The notes under the pieces: generated by a model
Told to the model about the DNA's origin: nothing
Database searches by the model: none
The model's input: only the letters and a program-made list of their open reading frames with translations
Shown here: one piece after another, positions 1 through 9,827 of the stretch
Layout: each line of letters opens with the position of its first letter
Numbering within the stretch: position 1 is the stretch's first letter
NCBI GenBank assembly: GCA_030430495.1
Contig: JAUIKM010000030.1
Span: forward strand, 40 to 64,039
Reading direction: 5' to 3'
Length of the DNA: 64,000 bases
Origin: a bacterium
GTDB taxonomy: Bacteria > Bacteroidota > Ignavibacteria > Kapaibacteriales > UBA7675
Made by a program: the position numbers and the translations under genes

Positions 1-272
1 ACATGTTGGACGTATTCACGGGGCCGGATGCCTTCTCTACGTATTTGTCGCTCAGGCGACCATCGCCCCGCCGGATCAAATCCACGCCCGCGCCGCTGAG
101 CAACATGTTGGACGTATTCACGGGGCCGGATGCCTTCTCTACGTATTTGTCGCTCAGGCGACAATCTCCCCGCCGGATCAAATCCACGCCCGCGCCGCTG
201 AGCAACATGTTGGACGTAATCACGGGGCCGGATGCCTTCTCTACGTATTTGTCGCTCAGGCGACAATCTCGC
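1..272. repeat. 102-bp direct tandem repeat, about 2.7 copies in the window; array is cut by the left edge
   Basis: The unit restarts (ATGTTGGACGTA...) at 3, 105 and 207. Copies differ at only a few positions (CCATCGCC vs CAATCTCC, TATTCAC vs TAATCAC). The unit is stop-free in one plus frame and two minus frames, so the 108-aa ORF call (3..329) is not informative. Confidence 0.9.
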
Positions 273-540
273 ATGCCAAAGCGCTTTAAACACCCCCAAT
301 TCTATGTGCGACTCACCAGCGCGACGTAATTTCAAAGACGTCAAGATTGTTGCTTAGGCAACTATTTTCAGGTCTTAGGGTTCACTGCACATCTCCTGAT
401 TTGCGGGTTTCGCATAGCACCGGAAACTCCGCGTTCGGAGTGAGGCGTCAGCCGCAGGGGGCATGAGGTTGAGCGTTCGGGGAATCGAAAGAAAATGCAA
501 CAGAAAGTGGAGGGCGGTGGTGAGGCGGTGATGCGAGATG

Positions 541-830
541 TCTGTTAGCTGTTGATTTATATGGGCTTGTGGTGGCTCAACGCTGCAATGATTCAAAAGA
601 GGCCGTACTTCCCGCTAGATCAGGGGGCCACCCCGCCGCCGCCACGGGTCAACTCCTCCACGTTCAACTACACTCCTCCCACCCTGCTTCAGTGCAAGTT
701 TTTTTGAGTGATTTTCCGTGGATTTCGCACGCCGCATGCTGCGCGCTTCTGCCCCAAGCTTACATCCGTTCATCCAATCTTCACAGCGGAAAAAACTGAA
801 CGACGCGCTCAACGTGGTCAAACGGTCAAT
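541..830 (+). repeat. Dispersed intergenic repeat family 1, copy A
   Basis: Shares ordered blocks with copies at 32255, 37068 and 60765: GTTGATTTA, CTAGATC.GGGGCC.CCCCGCCGCC, CTCCACGTTCA, the hairpin CACT-CCTCCCACCCTGCTTC-AGTG followed by TTTTTTT, a GC palindrome CGCCGCATGCTGCGCG, and AAAAAACTGAACG...AAACGG. Confidence 0.8.
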
Positions 831-870
831 ATTCGTGTACAAACGGACCAGATATCGCACCGACGATGCA

Positions 871-908
871 AACAAAAACGGGATCCGACTCACTGAATCG
901 AATCCCGT
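871..908 (-). terminator. Rho-independent terminator downstream of the cyclase-family gene
   Basis: On the minus strand, stem CGGGAT/ATCCCG (902-907 / 879-884) is followed by TTTTTGTTTG, 26 nt after the stop at 934. Confidence 0.6.
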
Positions 909-933
909 CCCGAAAAATTGATCGGCCGCCCAA

Positions 934-1686
934 TCAGTCGATCAACGCGTACAAAACCGGTTTGCTCGGACTCGCGTCCGTCTCCAGTGCGGCAATCTGA
1001 ATGTTGAGCAAATATTCGCCGTCGGCAACACCGTCCGCCACGTAAATCATCTCTGTAATAGTTGAACTCATCCGCGGGTCCGCCGGATAATTCCACCAGG
1101 CGTGATGCCCCGCCAGCGCACCCTCGTCCTGCTCGCGATCAACCGAAGGCAGGTCCGTCAGGAGGTGTTCAACACCGCGCTCGCGCAACATGCCAAGCGC
1201 CGCCGCCGCAAAGTACGGCGGATTGTTGCCCGACCACTGGCGCGAACATTTGCTGTCGTCATTCGGAAGTGTGCGCACAATCAGCGCCGGCGGCGCAGCA
1301 GCGCCAAGCACCTCATTTAACATGTCCGCCGTGATGACTTTGTCGCCCTGTGAGTTCTCCTGCGGCGTCACCGTGATAAGTAGCGCCAAAAACACAAACT
1401 GTTTAAGGCTCTGGTTGATCGTAATCCGCTCACGGGCGATGTGCCCCACACATTCCGTATGTGTGCCGTTGCCGTGCGCGTTGATAAACAGGTCTTCACA
1501 GTTGACCGGCCCGCCCCGCTGCACGCTGCCGACGAAGTCGCCGGCTCTGAAAGGCTCAAAACGCGGCCGACCCAATCCAAACGCATTCGGGTTGTCCGCC
1601 GTGGCGCGCAAGGGGATCGAGATGTCGATCGGTTTGTTTAAGTCGACTTTGCGATCCTGTTTGTTTATTTCTATCCGGGCAAACAT
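934..1686 (-). CDS. Cyclase-family protein (kynurenine formamidase-like metal hydrolase)
   Basis: 250 aa from ATG 1686 (AGGAAG just upstream; the track ORF begins at an upstream TTG). HGNGTHTECVGH resembles the HxGTHxDxPxH motif of the putative-cyclase/arylformamidase family. Confidence 0.6.
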   Translation of the reverse strand: MFARIEINKQDRKVDLNKPIDISIPLRATADNPNAFGLGRPRFEPFRAGDFVGSVQRGGPVNCEDLFINAHGNGTHTECVGHIARERITINQSLKQFVFLALLITVTPQENSQGDKVITADMLNEVLGAAAPPALIVRTLPNDDSKCSRQWSGNNPPYFAAAALGMLRERGVEHLLTDLPSVDREQDEGALAGHHAWWNYPADPRMSSTITEMIYVADGVADGEYLLNIQIAALETDASPSKPVLYALID

Positions 1687-1715
1687 ACTTCTTCCTGGAT
1701 TCAATACTTGTTTCC

Positions 1716-3476
1716 CTACCCCGCTCTCTTCTGCCCCGGGATAGCTTCGATCAACCCGCGCGTGTACTCCTCGCGCGGGTTGTTGTAAATTTCTTCGGCA
1801 CTGTTAAGCTCGACGATCTTCCCGGCGCGCATCACCGCAATCCTGTCGCTGATAAATCGCACCACGCTCAGGTCGTGTGAAATAAATATGTACGTCAGAT
1901 CAAATTCCTCGCGCAAATTGACCAGTAGATTGAGCACCTGCGCCTGCACCGAAACGTCAAGCGCCGACACCGACTCGTCGCAGATCAGAAAGCGCGGATT
2001 CAACGCCAGCGCGCGCGCGATGCAGATACGCTGCCGCTGCCCGCCCGAAAACTCGTGCGGATAGTGCCGCCCGTGGTCCGGCGTCAAACCCACTCTTGTT
2101 AACAATTCATCGACGAAGTCCTGGCGCTCCGCGCGCGAAGACTTGATGTCGTGCGCCTCCAGCACCTCCAATATCGCGCCGCCTACTTTGAATCGCGGGT
2201 TAAGTGAACCGTAAGGATCCTGGAATACTATCTGCACGTCCCGGCGCAGTTCGCGCATCTGGTCCTTGCTGTAATCGGCCAGGTTCCGGCCGTCGAACAG
2301 AATATTGCCGCCCGTCGGCTCGATTAAACGCAAAATGGCGCGGCCCGCCGTGGTTTTGCCGCAGCCGGACTCGCCCACCAACCCCAGCGTCTCACCGCGC
2401 CTGACCTCAAAACTGATGCCGTCGACCGCTTTGACCACGCTGTTCTCTTTGTTAAACAGACCGGTGCGAATTGGAAAGTGCACCTCGAGGTTTTCCACGC
2501 GCAGCAGTTCGGTGCTGCTGTTCAGGTCGCTCCGGCGCGCCTCGGCTTCGCCGGACTTAAACTCCAGGCTCTGCAGAACGGCCTCCACCTGCGGCGTCTC
2601 GCCGTCAGGGTTTTTCAGGAAATCCGCCACGGTGGCGAGTCGTTTAAGTCGGCGCGTGCGCGGTGGACGACAGGCCAGCAGGCCGCGCGTGTAGGCGTGG
2701 CGCGGATCGCTGAAAATCTGATCGACCCGGCCGTATTCGACGACCTTGCCTTTGTACATCACGGCCACTTCGTCGGCAATGTCGGACACGACGCCGAGGT
2801 CGTGTGTTATAAAGATCACGCCCATGCCGTGGCGCTCGCGCAGTCCGGCCAGCAGGTCGAGGATGCGCGCCTGCACCGTCACGTCCAGCGCCGTCGTCGG
2901 TTCGTCGGCGATTAACACATCGGGGCTGCAACAGATCGCCATGGCGATCATAACGCGTTGTTTCTGGCCGCCGGAAAGTTGGTGCGGGTATTGATCGACA
3001 ATTGTCTCGGGCCGCGGCAGGTCGACTTCTTTCAACAATTCGATCACCTGCTCGCGCGCCTCGCGGCGTTTAAGTCCGCGGTGCAGCGTCAGCGCCTCCG
3101 CGATCTGGTCGCCGCAGCGGTAGACGGGATTGAGCGAAGTCATCGGCTCCTGAAAAATCATCGCCAGGCGGTTGCCGCGGTAGCGACGCATCTCCGCGTC
3201 CGACAACTTCAACAGATCAACTTCAGACTCGCCCTCGCGGCCGGAGTTAAACAGAACGCGCCCGCTGACAATCCTGCCGGGCGGCTGCGGTATCAGGCGC
3301 ATGATCGAAAGCGAAGTCACCGATTTGCCGGAGCCGGACTCGCCCACGATGCCAAGCGTTCGTCCGCGGCGTACGCTGAATCCGACGTCGTCGACGGCGC
3401 GCGTCACACCCTGGTCGGTGCGGAACTCGGTCACGAGATTTTCAAGCGTCAGGACGGCGTCAGCGGACTTGTGCAT
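1716..3476 (-). CDS. ABC transporter ATP-binding protein with two fused ATPase domains (DppD/DppF-type, YejF/GsiA architecture)
   Basis: 586 aa with two Walker A ([16 protein letters not shown]), two signature motifs ([16 protein letters not shown]) and two Walker B (LIADEPT, LICDES). No permease or binding-protein gene is adjacent. Confidence 0.88.
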   Translation of the reverse strand: MHKSADAVLTLENLVTEFRTDQGVTRAVDDVGFSVRRGRTLGIVGESGSGKSVTSLSIMRLIPQPPGRIVSGRVLFNSGREGESEVDLLKLSDAEMRRYRGNRLAMIFQEPMTSLNPVYRCGDQIAEALTLHRGLKRREAREQVIELLKEVDLPRPETIVDQYPHQLSGGQKQRVMIAMAICCSPDVLIADEPTTALDVTVQARILDLLAGLRERHGMGVIFITHDLGVVSDIADEVAVMYKGKVVEYGRVDQIFSDPRHAYTRGLLACRPPRTRRLKRLATVADFLKNPDGETPQVEAVLQSLEFKSGEAEARRSDLNSSTELLRVENLEVHFPIRTGLFNKENSVVKAVDGISFEVRRGETLGLVGESGCGKTTAGRAILRLIEPTGGNILFDGRNLADYSKDQMRELRRDVQIVFQDPYGSLNPRFKVGGAILEVLEAHDIKSSRAERQDFVDELLTRVGLTPDHGRHYPHEFSGGQRQRICIARALALNPRFLICDESVSALDVSVQAQVLNLLVNLREEFDLTYIFISHDLSVVRFISDRIAVMRAGKIVELNSAEEIYNNPREEYTRGLIEAIPGQKRAG

Positions 3477-3575
3477 GTGCGGTTGAACGTTTTAAACACG
3501 AAGATTAACAAGAGGAATTTGGAGCGCCGCAAAGCGGCATGCGGTCAGGTCATCTGAATCAACACAAACCGGCCC

Positions 3576-4904
3576 TCAGCCGAACAGCATGGCTTTGAGC
3601 CCGGATTTACGACGTGGACGCAGCGAACTGCCCGGATGAGACCGCAGGTAGAGATTGATAATCGCATCCTCGCACTGCTCGTAAAACTCCGGGTCAAAAT
3701 TGGCCTTGTGCAGTTGTTTAAGCACCTGTTCAATCGTCAGTTTACGCCGAATCCAATCTTCACAGATGCCGTGCCGATACCGAATGCCCATCAGGTTAAA
3801 ACCAATGACACACTCATCATTGTACACGATGCGTATCGCGCGCGCGCCGTCGGGATGTTCCCAGTACAAACTTTTCTCGCCCGGCGTGTCAAAGTTCACC
3901 AGGCCGTAGGTGTGGTATTCGATGTCAAAAAACTTGGCGGAGTTAAACAGAATGCCGCGGTCGTATTCCGTGCGCGTTCCCGCAATGGTCTTTGCAACCA
4001 CCTCGCCATGCATGCGACCCGTGTACCAGAGCTGCTCCAGGCGATTGCGCTCATCGGGGTTTTCAACGACAATTTCCGCACAGTCGCCAATCGAATACAC
4101 ATTCGGGATATTGGTCTCAAAGAAGTCGTTAACCAGCACGCCACGACCGCATTTGATGTTCGAGCTTTTAACAAAGTCGATGTTCGGGTGCACGCCCGCC
4201 GTCAGCGCTACAAACTCACACTCAACTTCGTCGCCCGAGCTTGTTTTAACGGCCCGAACGCGACCGCGATCGTCGGCAAGTATTTCCTGCAGTTCAACGC
4301 CCAGGCGCAGGTCGACGTGATGTTTAAAAATATGGCGCGTCACCATATTCGATTCTTCGTCGGGCAGAACGCGATTCCAGTACTTTTCCTCGCGCACCAG
4401 AAAGGTCACAGGAAGATCGCGCGAGAGCAGCATCTCCGCCACTTCAATGCCGATCAGGCCGCCGCCGACAATGACGCCGCGTTTAATATCGCGCGTATTG
4501 TGCTCCATCAATTCAAGGTCCTGCAGCGAGTACAGGCCCTGCACGCCTTCCAGATCCTGCCCCGGCCAACCGAACTTGTTGGGCCGCGAGCCGCTGGCAA
4601 TAATTAACACATCGTATAAAACATGGCGGCCGGAAAGCAGTGTTAAACGCCGCTTGTCCGTATCGATTTCCGTCACGGTATCGCGCACGAGCTCGATGCG
4701 GTTTTTCTCCCAGAAAAAATCTTCGTAGGGTTTGGTGTTTTCGTATTTCATGTGGCCCATGTAAATGTACATGAGCGCCGGCCGCGAATAAAAGTGATCT
4801 GATTCGGCCGAGATAATCTGGATGTCGTAATCGGAGTATTTGCGGACATAACGCGCAGCCGTCACTCCCGCTATTCCGTTGCCGATAATTACGACGCGTT
4901 TCAT
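3576..4904 (-). CDS. NAD(P)/FAD-dependent pyridine nucleotide-disulfide-type oxidoreductase
   Basis: 442 aa from ATG 4904 (MKRVVIIGNGIAG). Second dinucleotide fold GVIVGGGLIGIEVAE. GDCAE motif near the C-terminal FAD region. Confidence 0.72.
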   Translation of the reverse strand: MKRVVIIGNGIAGVTAARYVRKYSDYDIQIISAESDHFYSRPALMYIYMGHMKYENTKPYEDFFWEKNRIELVRDTVTEIDTDKRRLTLLSGRHVLYDVLIIASGSRPNKFGWPGQDLEGVQGLYSLQDLELMEHNTRDIKRGVIVGGGLIGIEVAEMLLSRDLPVTFLVREEKYWNRVLPDEESNMVTRHIFKHHVDLRLGVELQEILADDRGRVRAVKTSSGDEVECEFVALTAGVHPNIDFVKSSNIKCGRGVLVNDFFETNIPNVYSIGDCAEIVVENPDERNRLEQLWYTGRMHGEVVAKTIAGTRTEYDRGILFNSAKFFDIEYHTYGLVNFDTPGEKSLYWEHPDGARAIRIVYNDECVIGFNLMGIRYRHGICEDWIRRKLTIEQVLKQLHKANFDPEFYEQCEDAIINLYLRSHPGSSLRPRRKSGLKAMLFG

Positions 4905-5031
4905 AATGTTAATCCCGCGTTGACGAGCAGTTTGTTTAAGTATTTTTCCCGATCGGCGCACTGCGCCTCTTTAAGAATTTCTTGTTTGTCGGCGCGCCCA
5001 AAATGTCGATTTGCGGCGTCAATGCCAAGTC

Positions 5032-6603
5032 TCAAATCTTTGAGTCTTCAGCCGGCCGCAAGACGTTCAGCCCGTGACAAACCAGCGCGACCACCAGCGC
5101 CAGGAAAGACAAAAAGCCCGGCAGCATCCAGGCCTCGGCGTCGGGTATGGTCCGCACAACGTGTACTATGGTGGCATACGGGTTCGGTCCGAATGCAATC
5201 GGACTGAATGCCAGTGGAATCGCGAGGAACAACAAGGCCAAAGCCAGCATCGCGATCAGCAGAAAACGCACGGGAATTTCGAGTGCGCGGCGTCCACGCA
5301 GCCACGGATACAGCAATAATGCGGCTCCGCCCAGTATCAGGGAGATCGCGCCGGTCGGCGTCGCCGCGCTTGCTCCCGCAAGGCGCAAAGGCTCCAGATA
5401 CCATGCCGGGCTTTGCGCCGCAACGATGACATATGGAAAGGGCGTGCCGGCCGGGACGATCTCGGCCCGCGTCTCCACCGATCCCGTCGCCGCCGCAAAG
5501 AGCAGGACAAACGCCGCAAAGCCGATCAGGGTTCCGATAGAGCGCAGGGCTGTATCGACGCGCACCGCATTGTCAATTGCTACCGTGTTTTCCCTGCGCT
5601 GAAGCATCAGCGTCAGGCCGATCGGCAGACAGACTGTTGCCGCACCAAGAGCAAATGCACCGATAGTGCGGGTGTGCATCCAATAAGCGTATGGGATCAT
5701 CAAAACGCCAAACGCAAGCAGCAGCCAGGTCAATCTGCCCGACCGCAAAAACCTCGAACCCTCCGTCTCCGCCGGCCGCGTCTCCCGGCGCATGAACAAA
5801 GCTACCGCCGCCAGGAGCAGCAAAATCAGCACCGGCAGCCACAGCGTATGCGCCGAAAACATGCGTTTAAGCGTTGCGCCGCTCACGTACGCGCCGCCGC
5901 TGAACATCTGCCCCAGCGCTTCGCCCACAAATGGAATGCCGCCGATATACGACGCCGCCACCGAAGCGCCCGCGTTGCCCGATGCCGACCACGGCAGCAC
6001 CGAGCCGCTGAAACCCATGCAGACCAGTAAAACACACAGCGCCAGCGCAACGTAATAACGCCCGCGAATGCCGCGTCGGCCCGCCGCAATCTCAAACAAA
6101 AGCGCCGTCAGATACAGCGGCAGAATGATAAACAACGCGCCGGTTGAATGCCGGTGAACATTGCGGATGTAAGCGCCGTAGGGCTGTTTGGCGTGAATGT
6201 CGCGCCAGACGGACAGCCAGGCCGCCGAAGGCGCTTCCCACAGCGTCGGGTTGCGGCTGCCGAAGTTAAACGTACTGTCGTGTTCAAAAATCAGGTAGGC
6301 TTCGTTCTTCAGCCCTTCAATCGGCGCGGGATGGCCAAAATACACGTGATTGTACGAAAAATACGGCCGCGGCTTGCCGTCGGGACCATATTCCGGCTGC
6401 GCCGAAGGTGTGTAAAACACGTGCAGGAACATGCCGCTCAGCGCGGCCGTGCACAGAAAAAAACCGATCAGAATTGCGCAGATGTTGAGCGGGCCGAGGC
6501 GGCCGGGACTCTCCTGCGTGCCGATTAACATGTCGCGGACAAGGCCCTGAGCGGGACGCGTTCCCGCTGTGGATGACGCCTGGTTTTGCGGTGTTTCGCT
6601 CAT
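5032..6603 (-). CDS. Cytochrome b-like polytopic membrane protein (atypical, see findings)
   Basis: 523 aa. Cytochrome b landmarks are present: WRDIHAKQPYGAYIRNVHRHSTGA (helix B region), FSGSVLPW (canonical GYxLPW) and LKRMFSAHTLWLP (canonical RFFxxHxxxP). Many additional TM helices. The start overlaps the Rieske stop (ATGA). Confidence 0.7.
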   Translation of the reverse strand: MSETPQNQASSTAGTRPAQGLVRDMLIGTQESPGRLGPLNICAILIGFFLCTAALSGMFLHVFYTPSAQPEYGPDGKPRPYFSYNHVYFGHPAPIEGLKNEAYLIFEHDSTFNFGSRNPTLWEAPSAAWLSVWRDIHAKQPYGAYIRNVHRHSTGALFIILPLYLTALLFEIAAGRRGIRGRYYVALALCVLLVCMGFSGSVLPWSASGNAGASVAASYIGGIPFVGEALGQMFSGGAYVSGATLKRMFSAHTLWLPVLILLLLAAVALFMRRETRPAETEGSRFLRSGRLTWLLLAFGVLMIPYAYWMHTRTIGAFALGAATVCLPIGLTLMLQRRENTVAIDNAVRVDTALRSIGTLIGFAAFVLLFAAATGSVETRAEIVPAGTPFPYVIVAAQSPAWYLEPLRLAGASAATPTGAISLILGGAALLLYPWLRGRRALEIPVRFLLIAMLALALLFLAIPLAFSPIAFGPNPYATIVHVVRTIPDAEAWMLPGFLSFLALVVALVCHGLNVLRPAEDSKI

Positions 6604-7064
6604 ATCTGGTCCGCCGCGGTTGAATATTCCTCGTCGCGCAAAATCACGCGGCCTTCCCTCTCGGCAATGTCCAGGCGCAGCAGCGGTTTCTCGGGCGGCA
6701 GCAGGTTCACGCGGCCCTCGGCGTCAAAACGCCCGCCGTGGCAGGGGCAGACAAATTCGCTTTCGCGATTCCAGTTGACGATGCAGTTGGCGTGGGTGCA
6801 ACGCAGATCAAAGGCGCGCAGCTCGCCGGCGGCGGAGCGCAGAATGCCGACGGGGCGGTCGCCGTAGCTGATGCGGCGGTAAGAACCGGCGCTGAAGTCG
6901 GCCGCCGCGCCGATGTCGAGCGGAGCCAGTTTGCGGCGCTGCACCTGCGGTTTCAGGAACTTCCAGCCTAGCCAGGGCAAGGGCAGCGCGGCCAGCGCCA
7001 GAGCGCCGTAGAGTATGTTTTTCAGCAGCCCGCGCCGCTCTTCCGCCGTAGTTCCGTCCTGCAT
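6600..7064 (-). CDS. Rieske (2Fe-2S) protein
   Basis: Cluster boxes CTHANC and CPCHGGRF. N-terminal ERRGLLK plus a hydrophobic helix (Tat-like). ATG 7064 is preceded by GGGAG; the track ORF starts at an upstream TTG (7109). Translationally coupled to the cytochrome b-like gene. Confidence 0.85.
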   Translation of the reverse strand: MQDGTTAEERRGLLKNILYGALALAALPLPWLGWKFLKPQVQRRKLAPLDIGAAADFSAGSYRRISYGDRPVGILRSAAGELRAFDLRCTHANCIVNWNRESEFVCPCHGGRFDAEGRVNLLPPEKPLLRLDIAEREGRVILRDEEYSTAADQI

Positions 7065-7180
7065 GAATCTTTGCTCCCGCTTTGCCGAATCCCCCGCAAA
7101 AGTAGACAAAATTTGCTATTTTCGACGGTCCACGTCATTCCGGCTGACCGGCTTTCCCTGTCCATGAACGAACGCGCCTT

Positions 7181-7534
7181 TTGATGGCACATCGCAAGGC
7201 AAACAACAAACACAGCGACGCAACGGTCGACCCGCTCCGGCGACGCCGACGGCGGCGTCTTGCCCTTGCCGGACTTTTGCTCGTCCCCGTGCTGGCATTC
7301 CTCGTGTTTTCGAGTTACGGCCTTGGGTCGCGGCTGCGCCTGGAAATGGAACAGGCCGACATTCACGAGCGCATCGACGCGGCGCAGAAGCGGCGCGACA
7401 GCCTGGAAACGGCAATCGAACGGCTCCACCGCGACACGCTCTACATCGAACGGCTGGCGCGCGAGCGCTTCGGCATGATCCGCCCCGGCGAGCGCGTCTA
7501 CCTGCTCGATTCTGACGACGTGGATTCGGAGTAA
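7181..7534 (+). CDS. ftsB: Septum formation initiator family protein (FtsB/DivIC-like)
   Basis: 117 aa with a basic N-terminus, a single TM (LALAGLLLVPVLAFLVF), a coiled coil, and an IERLARERFGMIRPGE tail typical of the family. Confidence 0.7.
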   Translation: MMAHRKANNKHSDATVDPLRRRRRRRLALAGLLLVPVLAFLVFSSYGLGSRLRLEMEQADIHERIDAAQKRRDSLETAIERLHRDTLYIERLARERFGMIRPGERVYLLDSDDVDSE

Positions 7535-7545
7535 CAGACCGTCAC

Positions 7546-8529
7546 ATGCAGCAGACACCCGCAGCGACAAACATGGCGATAAGCTACGCCGGCATCGACA
7601 TCGGCGGCACGAGCATCAAGTACACGATCATGCGCGACGGACGGACGGCAGAAAGCCGCGCCGTGCCGACCCGAGCCGCGGAAGGCCCCGCGGCCGTGAC
7701 GGCGCAGGTAACCGACATCATTCGCGCATTGCGGGCGGAAGCGCCGGATCTGCGCGCCGTCGGCATCGGCGTGCCGGGCGTCGTCGACCCGACGACGGAC
7801 CTGATCGTTCAGGCGCCGAACCTCAGCGGCTGGACGGACGTGCCGCTCAAACGCGACCTGCAGGCCGCCGTCGACATCCCGATCTTTGTGGAAAACGACG
7901 CCAACGTCGCGGCGCTGGCCGAGCTGCACGCCGGCGCGGGGAGCGACCTGCGCAACATGCTCTACGTCACGCTCGGCACGGGCGTCGGCGCGGCGATCAT
8001 CCTCGATAAAAAACTGATAACCGGAGACCGCGGCGGCACGGGCGAAATCGGCTATACCATTGTCCGCGCCGACGTCGAATCGGCGGGAGACGGCCGGCCG
8101 CGGTGGCGGGCGGGCACCCTGGAAGAATACACGGGCCGGCGCGGCATCCTGGACCGCGCCCGCGCTCTTGGTTTTAGATCGGCGGACAACAAGGCGGACT
8201 ACGACGTACGCGACATCTCGATTGCCGCGGCGGCGGGCGATGAAATTGCGCTGCGCTGCCTGCGCGAGGTCGGCGCGGTGTTGGGCGTCGGCCTGGCCGG
8301 CGCAATGAACCTGCTCGGCATTTCCCGCGCGGTGATCGGCGGCGGAATTTCCCAGGTGCACGGCGCGTTGCTGGAAGCGGCGCGCACGGCGCTCCGGACG
8401 CGCGCCCTGCCGAGCATCGCACGCGAAGCCGAATTGCGCATCGCCGCCTTCGGCGCAGCCGCCGGCGTGCTGGGCGCAGCCTGGCTGGCGCACGACAGAA
8501 AGTGTGAAATCTCAAGTGGTTCTCAATAG
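7546..8529 (+). CDS. ROK family sugar kinase (glucokinase-like)
   Basis: N-terminal GIDIGGTSIK phosphate-1 motif, then VENDANVAALAE and GTGVGAAII motifs. The start could instead be the ATG at 7573. Confidence 0.8.
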   Translation: MQQTPAATNMAISYAGIDIGGTSIKYTIMRDGRTAESRAVPTRAAEGPAAVTAQVTDIIRALRAEAPDLRAVGIGVPGVVDPTTDLIVQAPNLSGWTDVPLKRDLQAAVDIPIFVENDANVAALAELHAGAGSDLRNMLYVTLGTGVGAAIILDKKLITGDRGGTGEIGYTIVRADVESAGDGRPRWRAGTLEEYTGRRGILDRARALGFRSADNKADYDVRDISIAAAAGDEIALRCLREVGAVLGVGLAGAMNLLGISRAVIGGGISQVHGALLEAARTALRTRALPSIAREAELRIAAFGAAAGVLGAAWLAHDRKCEISSGSQ

Positions 8530-8563
8530 TTCACGTGCAGTTTAAATAACAAGGCTCAGTAAA

Positions 8564-8947
8564 ATGTCCTATCGTGAAGTGGTCCACAGCGACCAGGCTC
8601 CCGCACCCATCGGCCCGTACTCCCAGGCCATCCGCACGCAAGGTGAAATGTTGTTTGTCTCCGGTCAGATTCCCATGAATATCCGCGGTGAGATCGTCTC
8701 GCATGAAATCAGCGCGCAAACCCGGCGCGTGCTCGACAACCTGCGCGCCATCCTGGAGGCCGGCGGTTACGACATGTCGCAGGTGGCCAAAACCACGGTC
8801 TACCTGCATGATATGAACGATTTCAAGGCGATGAACGACGTTTACGCCGAGTATTTCAACGAAAGTAAACCGGCGCGCGCGACGATTCAGGTATCCCGGC
8901 TGCCCAAGGATGTGCGCGTCGAAATCGAAGCGATAGCCGTTCGCTGA
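8564..8947 (+). CDS. ridA: RidA family reactive-intermediate deaminase (YjgF/UK114)
   Basis: 127 aa with APIGPYSQA...SGQIP...TTVYL.DM.DF..MN.VY..YF...PAR...V..LP....VEIE pattern. Confidence 0.88.
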   Translation: MSYREVVHSDQAPAPIGPYSQAIRTQGEMLFVSGQIPMNIRGEIVSHEISAQTRRVLDNLRAILEAGGYDMSQVAKTTVYLHDMNDFKAMNDVYAEYFNESKPARATIQVSRLPKDVRVEIEAIAVR

Positions 8948-8951
8948 ATGC

Positions 8952-9605
8952 ATGATTCATCTCTCTGACACAAGCGGCGCGCGCCTGCTGCGCCGCCTTT
9001 GCTTCCTCTTGCCGGCCCTCTGCCTGCCGACCATTATTGCGCTCCTGTCCGCTCCGGACCTGGCGGCGCAACAGGCGCCCCTGCGCGACTCCACCGCGGT
9101 CGACACCGTCTCAACCGTCGAGGAGCGCCCGACATTTCAGCCGCAGCTGACGCCGCGCGACAGCGACATGCTGCCCTTTTCGACCGGCGAAGACAGCACG
9201 GAAGCGGCGGTAACGCCGGAAGGCGCCGTCTGGCGCTCTCTCGCTCTGCCGGGCTGGGGCCAGTACTACGTGGAGGACTACTGGAAAGCGCCGGTGGTGC
9301 TCGGCGCGGCGGGCTGGTTCACCTTCCAGATTTTCCGCAACAACAGCAAGTTCAACGACGCCAAAGACGCGATTGCGCTGCTGCCGGAGGACGATCCGGA
9401 CCTCTTCGTGCTGCGCCGCGAGCGCGAATTCTACCGCGACAAACGCGACGAAGCCGGGCTGTACCTGGCGCTCACCTATCTGATTGCCACGATCGACGCC
9501 TACGTGGGCGCGCACCTCTACTACTTTGACGTCACCGACGACCTGGACGGCCAGCTGTACTTTGACCCGCGCACCTACGGGCCGGGATTGCGGCTCAGAT
9601 TCTGA
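8952..9605 (+). CDS. Secreted DUF5683-like protein
   Basis: Signal peptide, then SLALPGWGQYYVEDYWKAPVVLG, which resembles the PGxGQxYNxxYWK core of the Bacteroidota DUF5683 family. Confidence 0.5.
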   Translation: MIHLSDTSGARLLRRLCFLLPALCLPTIIALLSAPDLAAQQAPLRDSTAVDTVSTVEERPTFQPQLTPRDSDMLPFSTGEDSTEAAVTPEGAVWRSLALPGWGQYYVEDYWKAPVVLGAAGWFTFQIFRNNSKFNDAKDAIALLPEDDPDLFVLRREREFYRDKRDEAGLYLALTYLIATIDAYVGAHLYYFDVTDDLDGQLYFDPRTYGPGLRLRF

Positions 9606-9827
9606 TCTCAGCGCGGCGGCTGAGCATTCCTCACCGCGTGACAAACAAAAAAGTCATGTCAGGGATCGGGCTGCGTCGGGGGAATTCGGCGCAGAACGGC
9701 GCCGCGGAGGAAAATTCACTCGGCGGAAATCGGAAGGCCAAATCTTGGCAAACGAAAGCCATTGTGCTAACTTTGCGGATTCGGGGTAATCCGGGTGTAG
9801 CAATCGTCACTGTATTTTCGGGGTGTC

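Noticed and set aside
3-329. 108-aa plus-strand ORF (MLDVFTGPDAFSTYLSLRR...) as a protein-coding gene
   Set aside because: The ORF is simply the 102-bp tandem repeat read in a stop-free frame. Two minus frames are equally open. There is no RBS, and the peptide (Pro/Arg/Ser-rich) looks like no family I know. It is kept only as a repeat, with coding status left open.
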